Shown: one piece after another, positions 1 to 7,815 of the stretch
Layout of the letters: the number at the start of each line of letters is the position of its first letter
Position numbering within the stretch: the first letter of the stretch is position 1
Source of the DNA: Methylococcaceae bacterium
Lineage (GTDB): Bacteria > Pseudomonadota > Gammaproteobacteria > Methylococcales > Methylococcaceae
DNA length: 27,200 nucleotides
Assembly: GCA_028678445.1 (NCBI GenBank)
Contig: JAJRDJ010000090.1
Location: forward strand, 1-27,200
Reading direction: 5' to 3'
The notes under the pieces: generated by a model
Database searches by the model: none
What the model saw: the letters and a program-made list of their open reading frames with translations, nothing else
Told to the model about the DNA's origin: nothing
Translations under genes and position numbers: made by a program

Positions 1-29
1 AAAAAAGTGCGGCATTTCACGCACTCCAC

Positions 30-45
30 TGCGGCATATGCCGCA
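30..45. promoter_or_regulatory. Perfect 16-bp palindrome TGCGGCATATGCCGCA, candidate transcription-factor site
   Basis: Self-complementary 30-45. Further TGCGGC/TGCCGC half-sites at 8-14, 73-79 and 81-87. Lies about 65 bp upstream of a sigma54-like motif and resembles GC-rich RegA/PrrA/RegR-type boxes. Confidence 0.45.
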
Positions 46-108
46 ATTCGGGAGCTGTCCTGGCCTCCACCTTGCCGCCATGCCGCGATTTCCGGGCTTT
101 ACAGGGAA

Positions 109-124
109 TGGCACAAAGATTGAA
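109..124 (+). promoter_or_regulatory. Candidate sigma54 (-24/-12) promoter
   Basis: TGGCAC-AAAGA-TTGAA versus consensus TGGCAC-N5-TTGCW: spacing and -24 element are exact, but -12 is GA instead of GC. 50 bp upstream of the first ORF. Confidence 0.35.
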
Positions 125-174
125 TTCTAGTTAACGATGCATTTCCCCCAACGATCAACCCAGAGGTCATCGCA

Positions 175-411
175 ATGAGTTCCAGCAAAGCCCTAGCCAC
201 CGTTCAACAGCCCCAACCCACCGCTCTGATCATCGGCACGGGGCTGGCATTCGCCTCCCTGATTCTGCTGCCGGCCATAGCCGCGCAAATGGGCGTGGGC
301 GCGGCACTGACGGGTGCCATGCGCATCGCCCTCATGCGCGCTTCCAGCCGCGTCATCAGCGGCGGGAATGCTAACGGAGAGACCGCACCCGCCGGTTTCA
401 GCTGTCACTGA
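175..411 (+). CDS. Small hydrophobic Gly/Ala-rich membrane protein, unknown function (78 aa)
   Basis: GAGG RBS about 8 nt upstream. Hydrophobic stretch LIIGTGLAFASLILLPAIAAQMGVGAALTGAM. First gene of a co-oriented cluster. Confidence 0.6.
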   Translation: MSSSKALATVQQPQPTALIIGTGLAFASLILLPAIAAQMGVGAALTGAMRIALMRASSRVISGGNANGETAPAGFSCH

Positions 412-496
412 AGCCGCTGACTCTCTATTTGGTAGGGTGGAGCAATATCAGAAAACCATTGGATTGATTTACGGGGTGGTATAAGCTTTATTTTCA

Positions 497-515
497 GCGG
501 CGGATAATCCGCCGC
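497..515. repeat. 19-bp inverted repeat (GC-rich hairpin or operator)
   Basis: GCGGCGGAT-A-ATCCGCCGC has perfect 9-bp arms. No U-tract on either strand, so not a clear intrinsic terminator. Confidence 0.5.
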
Positions 516-552
516 CTTCGCGAAATATTTGGCGTAGCAGAGGCCAGCACCC

Positions 553-732
553 GTGAGTGACGAGAACAAAAACTGTGACCTGTGTCAGTTGCCGATCGAA
601 GCCCCGGGCTTTGTCCTCATCACTACCTCAGGACTAAAGCAATTTTGCTGCGAAGGCTGCCAGGGTATATACCGGATGCTGCATGAGGATGAACTGGTTG
701 GCGATGGCACGGCGCCAGCGGCGTCATACTAG
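553..732 (+). CDS. Stand-alone Cys-rich metal-binding protein (59 aa), similar to the N-terminal metal-binding domain of CcoI/FixI-type ATPases (TRASH/YHS-like)
   Basis: Hand-translated, GTG to TAG, AGAGG RBS upstream: MSDENKNCDLCQLPIEAPGFVLITTSGLKQFCCEGCQGIYRMLHEDELVGDGTAPAASY. Has CxxC and FCCxGC..IY motifs. Absent from the ORF track (shortest listed ORF is 60 aa). Confidence 0.8.
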   Translation: MSDENKNCDLCQLPIEAPGFVLITTSGLKQFCCEGCQGIYRMLHEDELVGDGTAPAASY

Positions 733-821
733 GCGGCATCGGGTCCACCCTCCCGGCGCCCCCATCCTCGAAACCCGAAGAACACCCGCATCCCCACCCT
801 AGCAACAAGGAGCAGTACCTT

Positions 822-1235
822 ATGGCCCATGTACACGGCGCGGCGGCCAACACCGCCGCGCATCACCACGCTACGATGCAACACGCCACCAGTGGCGCGG
901 CAGCCATCAAGGGGCACATGCCAAGCGCCAGCCATGGCGTGGCCAAAGCCGCGCAATACACTGGCGCTGCTGTCGGTGTAGCAGCGGCCACCCAAACATC
1001 CACAGGAAAAAGTTTCATGAGCATTCTCGCAAAACATCCCGTACTGGTTTTTAGTCTTGGTGTCGCCACCGGCTATCTGGTACACAAATACCGCAAGGAA
1101 ATCATCGCATCCGCAACCCGTGTCACCGAGCAAGGCAAGGATTTTGTCCTGCACCAGAAGGAGAACCTGGAGGACCTGGTTGCGGAGAGTCGGGAATCCG
1201 CTGATGATGCCGGCAGCGAAGGCAAACCGGCCTGA
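822..1235 (+). CDS. His-rich N-terminal, single-TM protein with DUF5132/YtxH-like C-terminal helix (137 aa)
   Basis: AAGGAG RBS. 8 His in the first 40 aa. TM HPVLVFSLGVATGYLV, then an amphipathic helix ending KENLEDLVAES. Confidence 0.75.
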   Translation: MAHVHGAAANTAAHHHATMQHATSGAAAIKGHMPSASHGVAKAAQYTGAAVGVAAATQTSTGKSFMSILAKHPVLVFSLGVATGYLVHKYRKEIIASATRVTEQGKDFVLHQKENLEDLVAESRESADDAGSEGKPA

Positions 1236-1280
1236 GCTTTCATTCCGCTCTCCTCCCAAGCCATTCCGTGCGGTTGAGTC

Positions 1281-1907
1281 ATGTCCATATCAGAACAGGT
1301 TCTTTTGCGTTACCGTGATGAGGGTCATTTACGGTTCGATCTGCCCCCTGAACTCTGTGAGCCGCACGCGGCAACCGAGTTGGTTGCTGGAATCCAGTCA
1401 CAGGAAGGAATTTACCGGGTCGATCTTCTGGCGGGCAAGGGCAAATTAGCCATCCGCTATTTATCCACCGTCTGTGGTTTCACGGACGTGGTCAAGCACC
1501 TGCAAGCCGTTATCCAGTCCTTGGGTCAAAAGCCCCTGCAGACCTCATCGCGGGCGCTAGTGCTCAGGCCCGCCGCCAACCAATCGCTTACCGAACGGCT
1601 GCAATCCGCTCAAACAGCGGTTTCCCGCTGGCTGAGGGCGAAGCTGCAGGAGCTGCGTGAGACAGCCGAGGCAATGAAGATCATGCTCCGGCGCTTCACG
1701 GGAAGCGATCCCGCCAACCCGGATCTGCAACCACGATGGATCAAGGAATTCCTGAACGATCTGGTCATGCTGTACCTGATCAAATATCACTGGCATCACA
1801 TCACCACCGAATGGCTCCCAAGGCCGTGGACCCACCGTTACGAATGGGCCGCGACACTCTATCTCATCTACTTATCGGTTCAAGCAAGACTGCCCAAACC
1901 GGCATGA
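1281..1907 (+). CDS. HMA2-like (Cys-less heavy-metal-associated fold) protein with W/H-rich C-terminus (208 aa)
   Basis: N-terminus [13 protein letters not shown]...EGIYRVDL...GKLAIRY resembles the HMA_2 pattern also present at the start of the next ATPase. C-terminus is [20 protein letters not shown]. Confidence 0.65.
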   Translation: MSISEQVLLRYRDEGHLRFDLPPELCEPHAATELVAGIQSQEGIYRVDLLAGKGKLAIRYLSTVCGFTDVVKHLQAVIQSLGQKPLQTSSRALVLRPAANQSLTERLQSAQTAVSRWLRAKLQELRETAEAMKIMLRRFTGSDPANPDLQPRWIKEFLNDLVMLYLIKYHWHHITTEWLPRPWTHRYEWAATLYLIYLSVQARLPKPA

Positions 1908-1929
1908 GTTTGGACCCGCCCCAAGGACC

Positions 1930-4398
1930 ATGGCTATGACCGGCACGGCAGCAGCTGACTTGAATACACGTTATTTCCAACTGGAACATCGGCTCAGACG
2001 CAGGATTCGTATCAGCGTACCTAGCCTCAGGAACTCCCCGGAACGGCTCTACGCGCTAGAAATCCTGCTACGGAAACGCCCCGCCATCCGGGACATTCGC
2101 GCAATCCCCGGCCTTGGCGGCCTGGTGATCCATTTCAATCCGGCCGAGCTACCGGCAACCAAACTCTATACCTTGCTGGATGCCGTGATCCCCAACCTCG
2201 GCAAGGAGCGGAAGCCCGTCGTGGGTGAGATCGAGAGACTCACGCGTACCGGCAAGAACCAGGAAATCCCGTTTGCCGTGGAGGGCATCACCTGTGCCTC
2301 TTGCGCCCTGCTGATCGAACTGGTTTTAAGACGCGATCCGCGCATCCGCAGCGCCAACGTCAGCATGGCCTCCGAGATCGGGGTGGTGTTTGGCGATCTT
2401 CCCAAGGAAGACGTCTACGATCTCGTCGCGCGCACCGGCTACAAGGCCCTGCCGCTCGACACCCTAACGCAGCGCAAGCTATTGATGGAGCGCGAGGAGC
2501 AACGTATCGCCGAATCGCGGAGGCGAGCCATTGTCGCCGCAGTGCTCAGCGTGCCGGTGACCGTCATCGCCATGGCGGACTGGAAGGGCACATTCTGGCG
2601 CTGGGCGCAGCTGATCTTGAGCACGCCGATTGTCTTCTGGTCCGGCAAACCCTTTTTGACCAAGGCCCTGAAACTGGCCAAGCAACGCTCCGCCAACATG
2701 GACAGCCTGATCGTGCTGGGCGTGGGCGCGGCGTATATCTACAGTACAGCCGCCCTGTTCTCCCGACGGCCTTACCTGTATTTCGATGCCGCCTCCGGCA
2801 TCATCTGCTTTGTGCTGCTGGGCCGCTACCTCGAAGAAAAAGCCAAAGGGCGCGCTCACGCGGCCATTCGCCGGCTGCTCGACCTGCAGCCCCCGACCGC
2901 CAATCTGCTACGCAATGGCGAGGTCATCACCGTGTCAGTCGATGATCTCGTGCTTGATGATCTGGTTCTGATCCGGCCCGGAGAGAAAATCCCCACCGAT
3001 GGGGTGGTCACCGAGGGCCTGTCGACGGTGGACGAAGCCATGTTGACCGGCGAAAGTCTGCCGGTGGTGAAAGCGCCCGGCCATGAAGTCGTCGGTGGCT
3101 GCATCAACGGCACCGGCGCCCTGCAGGTGCGGGTCACCGCGATTGGCGCCGATACCGTGCTCGCCGGTATCATCCACATGGTCGATCAGGCCCAGTCATC
3201 GAAACTGCCCATCCAGAAAACCGTCGACCGCATTTCGGCCGTCTTCGTGCCCAGCGTCATGATCATCGGTGGCTTGACCTTTACCAGCTGGCTGCTGGCC
3301 GGAGCCGGCTTCACCACCGCTTTCGCCACCGGCATCACCGTCCTCTTGATCGCCTGCCCTTGCGCCCTGGGGCTCGCCACACCCGCCGCCATCATGGTCG
3401 GCACCGGACAGGCCGCCCAGCGTGGCATCTACATTCGCAATGGCGAGAGCCTGGAAACGGCCACCCACCTCACCACCATCATTTTTGACAAGACGGGCAC
3501 CATCACCGAAGGCAAGCCCTTCGTGACCGATTTCAGCAATGTCTCGAAACTGTCGGATGAGGACATCATCACACTGGTCGCCTCCGCCGAGCTGCACTCG
3601 GAACATTTCCTGGGCAAAGCCCTGGTCGCTTACGCCAAGGAACTGGGTTACCCAATACAGGCCACCGATGAATTCGAGGCCATCCCGGGTCGGGGTCTCA
3701 AAGCCAGGGTGCAGGACCATGAGCTGATCATCGGCAATCTCGCCTGGATGGAAGAGGGTGGCGTCAAGCTGAGCGCTTTCAAGAACCGGCACGCTGACCT
3801 TGCCGGGGAAGGCAAGACCCCCGTGTTCTGCGTTATCGATGGTAAGCCTGCCGCGCTGTTCGGCATCGCCGACCGGCCCCGCGCCAACGCCGCCGAAGCC
3901 ATTGCCCGGCTGCACCGCATGGGGATCGAGACGATCATGGTCACCGGCGATATTGAAGCCGCCGCCCACTTCGTGGCGCGCCAGGTCGGCATCAACACCG
4001 TGATCGCCCAAGCCCGTCCGGAGCGGAAACTGGAGATCGTCCGCGAACTGCAAGCCGAGGGCAAACACGTCGGCATGATCGGCGATGGCATCAACGATGC
4101 ACCTGCCCTCGCCGCCGCCAATGTCGGCTTCGCCATCGGCACCGGCACCGATGTCGCCATCGAAACCGCCGACCTGACCCTCGTCAATGGCGACATCACC
4201 AAGGTCGCCGACGGACTGGAAATCAGCACCGAAACCCTGAAGATCATCAAGCAGAATCTGGCTTGGGCTTTCGGCTACAACACCCTGGCCATCCCCATCG
4301 CCGCCTTCGGCAAACTCAACCCCATGGTCGCCTCGCTCGCCATGGCGCTGAGTTCGGTTTCCGTGGTGCTCAATTCCCTGCGGCTGCAACGGAAGTAG
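1930..4398 (+). CDS. copA: Heavy-metal P1B-type ATPase, Cu(I)/Ag(I) subgroup P1B-1 (CopA-like), with an extra N-terminal HMA2-like domain
   Basis: GITCASC HMA, TGES actuator, CPC in TM6 ([12 protein letters not shown]), DKTGT phosphorylation site, GDGIND hinge, YN in TM7 (AFGYN), MxxSS in TM8 (AMALSS). The start may be the ATG at 1936, which has better RBS spacing. Confidence 0.9.
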   Translation: MAMTGTAAADLNTRYFQLEHRLRRRIRISVPSLRNSPERLYALEILLRKRPAIRDIRAIPGLGGLVIHFNPAELPATKLYTLLDAVIPNLGKERKPVVGEIERLTRTGKNQEIPFAVEGITCASCALLIELVLRRDPRIRSANVSMASEIGVVFGDLPKEDVYDLVARTGYKALPLDTLTQRKLLMEREEQRIAESRRRAIVAAVLSVPVTVIAMADWKGTFWRWAQLILSTPIVFWSGKPFLTKALKLAKQRSANMDSLIVLGVGAAYIYSTAALFSRRPYLYFDAASGIICFVLLGRYLEEKAKGRAHAAIRRLLDLQPPTANLLRNGEVITVSVDDLVLDDLVLIRPGEKIPTDGVVTEGLSTVDEAMLTGESLPVVKAPGHEVVGGCINGTGALQVRVTAIGADTVLAGIIHMVDQAQSSKLPIQKTVDRISAVFVPSVMIIGGLTFTSWLLAGAGFTTAFATGITVLLIACPCALGLATPAAIMVGTGQAAQRGIYIRNGESLETATHLTTIIFDKTGTITEGKPFVTDFSNVSKLSDEDIITLVASAELHSEHFLGKALVAYAKELGYPIQATDEFEAIPGRGLKARVQDHELIIGNLAWMEEGGVKLSAFKNRHADLAGEGKTPVFCVIDGKPAALFGIADRPRANAAEAIARLHRMGIETIMVTGDIEAAAHFVARQVGINTVIAQARPERKLEIVRELQAEGKHVGMIGDGINDAPALAAANVGFAIGTGTDVAIETADLTLVNGDITKVADGLEISTETLKIIKQNLAWAFGYNTLAIPIAAFGKLNPMVASLAMALSSVSVVLNSLRLQRK

Positions 4399-4429
4399 CC
4401 GCACGCTCAAGCGGCCCGATCGCGCATCC

Positions 4430-4546
4430 TTATTGATCAGCGCTCCTCGTCGGATTAGCTGGGGTACGTCTGCCGTATTTACCAGCGGCTACTGGAGAGG
4501 CATGGATTAATCCAATGCTTGGGACTGGCGGCTCGACATAGGCCAT
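4430..4546 (-). CDS. Possible small protein (38 aa) or gene remnant
   Basis: ATG at 4546 preceded by GGAGGAG with a 5-nt spacer; TAA at 4432-4430. Translation MAYVEPPVPSIGLIHASPVAAGKYGRRTPANPTRSADQ. No recognisable family. Confidence 0.3.
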   Translation of the reverse strand: MAYVEPPVPSIGLIHASPVAAGKYGRRTPANPTRSADQ

Positions 4547-4703
4547 GACGGCTCCTCCGCATAAACTCACCTTCAACAAGGTGTAATTGCCGTCACCGGT
4601 TCACAAGTTTCCAGCATCGGGTCCTTGGACATTAACGTACCCGCCCCACCGGGTTGGGAATTTGGGCACGATACGCAGACCTTAACTCAGTGAGATTTCG
4701 CCC

Positions 4704-4712
4704 TGCTATAGT
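4704..4712 (+). promoter_or_regulatory. Candidate extended -10 sigma70 promoter for the two-component operon
   Basis: TG-C-TATAGT matches TGn-TATAAT at 5/6 in the hexamer, upstream of the kinase gene. Confidence 0.35.
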
Positions 4713-4896
4713 GGCTTGAAATGTCTAATCGGGTTGTAAGTGAATCCCTCAATCCACGGTGACTGCATACAGGAGACTCAACAGGGCCATCCTGGTTTCT
4801 GACTTGGGCGGTCGAGATTGCAGTTTCTCTTGCAAGTGCAAGCAGCCACTTACCATCATCAAGCCGAACGCTTTGATAGCAGCGGAGGAAAAGCCA

Positions 4897-6552
4897 TTGC
4901 GGGATTTTCTGTGGATAGTGAGCGTCTGTGTTCTCTATCTGACGACAGCCAAACTCGGGCTAGCCTATGCTGTTGTCGGCCAAACAGTTACGTTGTTTTG
5001 GCCCCCCAGTGGCATCGCCCTTGCCGCAACCCTGATGGGCGGCTATCGCGTGTGGCCAGGCATCGCCTTGGGCGCCCTCATCGCTAACGCCGGGACCGAC
5101 GTACCCCTCGTCACCCTATCCATCATCACTTTGGGCAATACCTTGGAACCATTAATCGGAACCGTATTGCTCAAACGCCAGAACAACTTTTCGGATACCT
5201 TGGACAAGGTATCCGATGTGCTCGCGCTGGCCCTGTTCGGCTCTGTCGTCAGCACGATCGTGAGCGCTTCGTTTGGCATGCTGGCGCTGTTTGTCGGCGG
5301 AGAGATAGCTTTTGCCGATATTGGGCCAACCTTCTTGACCTGGTGGCTTGGGGATGGTTTGGGCATAATCCTGGTCAGCCCGATTCTTCTTACCGGGGTT
5401 GCCGCAATCCGCGTGATCCCGGTGAAGATGTCGTCCACGAAGGCCATGGAAGCTTTGGCCTTGTTGCTTGCCTTGACAGTGGTCGGTCAAGCAATCTTCG
5501 GTAATCCAAGATTTGCTGGTCTAGGCTATTTCCCGGTCTCCTTGTCAATGTTTCCGTTTGCCATCTGGAGCGCGCTTCGGTTCGGAACTTTCGGGGCCGC
5601 CAGTGTGGCTCTTCTTGTATCCCTCATCGCCATCCATGGCACAGCGCAGGGTACTGGCCCGTTCGCGACGGATTCAGCGATGGAGAGCCTGATCCGCGGG
5701 TGCGTGTTTGCCGACATCATGGCAATCACCGGACTCCTCTTGGGGACCGTCAGTGCCGAACGGGCAAAAGCGCTGGCGACATTAAAGAGTTGCAATGAAG
5801 ATCTGGAAGAGCGAGTGCGAGTACGTACCGAAGAACTCACTCGCGCCAACCGGGAACTGCAAAAAGCGTTAACCGAGCGCCGCCGCCTGGAGCAGGTAAT
5901 GAATGAGATCAGTGAGGCCCGGCTAAAAATTATTGGTCAGGAATTGCATGATGGTTTAGGGCAACAGCTCACCGGGATTTCCTTTATGGTTAGCTCCCTG
6001 ATCCAATTGCACATGACCACCCCGACACCGGAAATTCCCGCCGTCCGTCAAATCGAGCAGTTTCTCGGCGAAGCGATAGCCATGGTCCGTTCACTGTCAC
6101 GCGGGCTTTATCCCGTCGCGCTGGAAACGGGCGGTCTGGCATCTGCCCTCAACCATCTTGCGGGACACGCACACGGCTTTTCTGGAATCCAGTGCGATTT
6201 CAGTTGTACGAATGGCCTGCATTCGCTGAGCAAAACCACGGCACTGAACCTGTATCGCATTGCTCAGGAAGCTGTCAGCAACGCCTTGCGGCATAGCCAA
6301 GCGCAACGGATCGACATCAGGCTTTCGAAAGTGGAAGATCAATACGTGCTATCGGTCGAGGACAACGGCAACGGTTTCCGCGTCCAAAACCCGAAGACCA
6401 ACGCAACGCTGGGTTTGCGCAGCATGCAGTGCCGAGCCGATCTCATCGGGGCGGCGATCGAAATCCGGAAGAACCAGGACGGCGGCACGTCAGTCCTGGT
6501 TACCGGTCCTATTAACTCGGAGGGTCAGGACCTTGTCCAGCGAATCCAATGA
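4897..6552 (+). CDS. MASE1-domain sensor histidine kinase (HisKA_3/NarX-UhpB type)
   Basis: MASE1 pattern LYLTTAKLGL...LFWPPSGIALA plus many TMs. Coiled coil, H-box QELHDGLGQQL, N-box EAVSNALRH, G-box DNGNGF. Start placed at TTG 4897 (GGAGG 8 nt upstream) rather than the ORF-track GTG 4759. Confidence 0.9.
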   Translation: MRDFLWIVSVCVLYLTTAKLGLAYAVVGQTVTLFWPPSGIALAATLMGGYRVWPGIALGALIANAGTDVPLVTLSIITLGNTLEPLIGTVLLKRQNNFSDTLDKVSDVLALALFGSVVSTIVSASFGMLALFVGGEIAFADIGPTFLTWWLGDGLGIILVSPILLTGVAAIRVIPVKMSSTKAMEALALLLALTVVGQAIFGNPRFAGLGYFPVSLSMFPFAIWSALRFGTFGAASVALLVSLIAIHGTAQGTGPFATDSAMESLIRGCVFADIMAITGLLLGTVSAERAKALATLKSCNEDLEERVRVRTEELTRANRELQKALTERRRLEQVMNEISEARLKIIGQELHDGLGQQLTGISFMVSSLIQLHMTTPTPEIPAVRQIEQFLGEAIAMVRSLSRGLYPVALETGGLASALNHLAGHAHGFSGIQCDFSCTNGLHSLSKTTALNLYRIAQEAVSNALRHSQAQRIDIRLSKVEDQYVLSVEDNGNGFRVQNPKTNATLGLRSMQCRADLIGAAIEIRKNQDGGTSVLVTGPINSEGQDLVQRIQ

Positions 6553-7210
6553 CAACCAGGCGAAGGCCAGGATTCTGATTGTCGACGACCACCCCATCGT
6601 GCGGCAGGGGGTGGCGCAAATGGTCAATCTTCAAGCTGATCTGCAACTCTGCTGCGAGGCTGGCAACGCCGAAGAAGCCCTGATCGCAGTAAGCCGTTGC
6701 CATCACGATTTGGTAATCGTCGATATTTCCCTCCAAGGCGTTTCTGGATTGAACCTTATCACTACCCTCAGGGCACGCTATCCCCAACTCCCTATCCTGG
6801 TCATGAGTTTCCACGAAGAAGCCCTTTACGCTGAACGCACATTGCGACTGGGTGCGAAGGGTTACATCATGAAGCATCAGGCTACCTTAAACATCCTGTC
6901 TGCAATACGCCGCATCCTGGAGGGGGGTATCTATCTGAGCGATGACATGCATAGCCTGATCATGGAACGCATCAGTTCCCGCTCTTACGAGCCGGGCATC
7001 GCCGACCCCGTCGCCAGCCTCACCAACTGCGAGTTCGAAGTACTACGGCTGGTCGGGTTTGGGTTAGGCACCCGGCGGATCGCCGAAAAACTCAACAGAA
7101 GCGTCAAGACCATCGAGACGCATCGCACCAATATCAAGGAAAAACTAGGTCTCAAGACCGGAGCAGAATTGGCTCGCTTCGCGGCTTTTTGGGTTGAAGG
7201 ACAGGACTAG
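6533..7210 (+). CDS. NarL/FixJ-family response regulator (REC + LuxR-type HTH)
   Basis: ILIVDDHPIVR, phospho-Asp in LVIVDISL, GYIMK, HTH SLTNCEFEVLRLVGFG...SVKTIETHRTNIKEKL. TTG start at 6533 follows GGAGGG and overlaps the kinase stop. Confidence 0.92.
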   Translation: MSSESNDNQAKARILIVDDHPIVRQGVAQMVNLQADLQLCCEAGNAEEALIAVSRCHHDLVIVDISLQGVSGLNLITTLRARYPQLPILVMSFHEEALYAERTLRLGAKGYIMKHQATLNILSAIRRILEGGIYLSDDMHSLIMERISSRSYEPGIADPVASLTNCEFEVLRLVGFGLGTRRIAEKLNRSVKTIETHRTNIKEKLGLKTGAELARFAAFWVEGQD

Positions 7211-7217
7211 ATCATCG

Positions 7218-7236
7218 CCTAGGGGATTCCCCTAGG
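7218..7236. promoter_or_regulatory. Palindromic operator candidate upstream of the HiPIP gene
   Basis: CCTAGGGGA-T-TCCCCTAGG has perfect 9-bp arms and a 1-nt centre. A degenerate second copy (TCAGGGTAATGCCGA) lies at about 7243-7257. Confidence 0.5.
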
Positions 7237-7385
7237 TGCAAATCAGGGTAATGCCGATTTCCTACCCTCCACGGCAGGTTTATCTTGGTTATCACTTTCC
7301 GGTAAGAGATCAAACGGGAAGTGGGGGGAAGCGGCCGGCCAGGCTGCAAACCAAGAAGCAATCACCCTAATGGAGGACCGTCGCC

Positions 7386-7799
7386 ATGTCCAATAACACC
7401 CTCATCAATGATCATCGCCGCCGCTTATTAAAGACCGGCCTCGTGAGCCTGACCTTGGCTCCCGCCGCGAATCTTCTATTCAACCGCCGTGCAGAAGCGC
7501 GTGGCAGCCGAGCGGTTACCGGGGTTTCAACCGAGATACCCAAACTCCCGGAAACCGACCGGCAAGCAATAGCGCTGGGTTATAAGGAGGACGGCGCTAC
7601 AGTTGACACATCCAAATTTCACAAGGCGGAAGGGGCGTCTTGCAGTAATTGCCAGCTTTACAGCGGTTCAGAGGAAGATGCGTGGGGACCCTGCGCCATT
7701 TTTTCCTATCGCATGGATCAGAAGCTAAACAGAAACTATGTGGTCAGCGCCAAAGGTTGGTGCCGATCCTGGGGACCGAGGGCGGGAACAAAAAGCTGA
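7386..7799 (+). CDS. High-potential iron-sulfur protein (HiPIP) with Tat signal peptide
   Basis: GGAGG RBS. Twin-arginine HRRRLLK, hydrophobic core and AEA cleavage site. Four-Cys pattern CSNC...WGPC...GWCRSW and ALGYxED motif. Confidence 0.88.
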   Translation: MSNNTLINDHRRRLLKTGLVSLTLAPAANLLFNRRAEARGSRAVTGVSTEIPKLPETDRQAIALGYKEDGATVDTSKFHKAEGASCSNCQLYSGSEEDAWGPCAIFSYRMDQKLNRNYVVSAKGWCRSWGPRAGTKS

Positions 7800-7815
7800 G
7801 GATCAGCGCCTGATC

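Noticed and set aside
1-108. NifA UAS (TGT-N10-ACA) upstream of the sigma54-like motif
   Set aside because: The only TGT (56-58) is followed by ACC at the required position, not ACA.
459-485. Internal sigma70 promoter (TTGGAT...TG-G-TATAAG)
   Set aside because: The -10 lacks the conserved final T and the spacing to any -35 is off (15 or 10 nt).
175-1235. Magnetosome (MamC/Mms-like) interpretation of the small Gly/Ala-rich membrane proteins
   Set aside because: No mamA/B/E/K/M/Q genes nearby; composition similarity alone is not evidence.
3196-4410. 404-aa antisense ORF, and similar long overlapping ORFs inside ligA, smc, yidC and the RNB gene
   Set aside because: Shadow frames expected from high-GC codon bias opposite well-supported genes; no motifs or RBS.
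6260-6532. N-terminal extensions given by the ORF track for the regulator (also ligA, zipA, mnmE, yidC, queF, yjdM)
   Set aside because: They mostly overlap neighbouring genes and lack family similarity. Downstream starts match family N-termini and, where checked, RBS positions.
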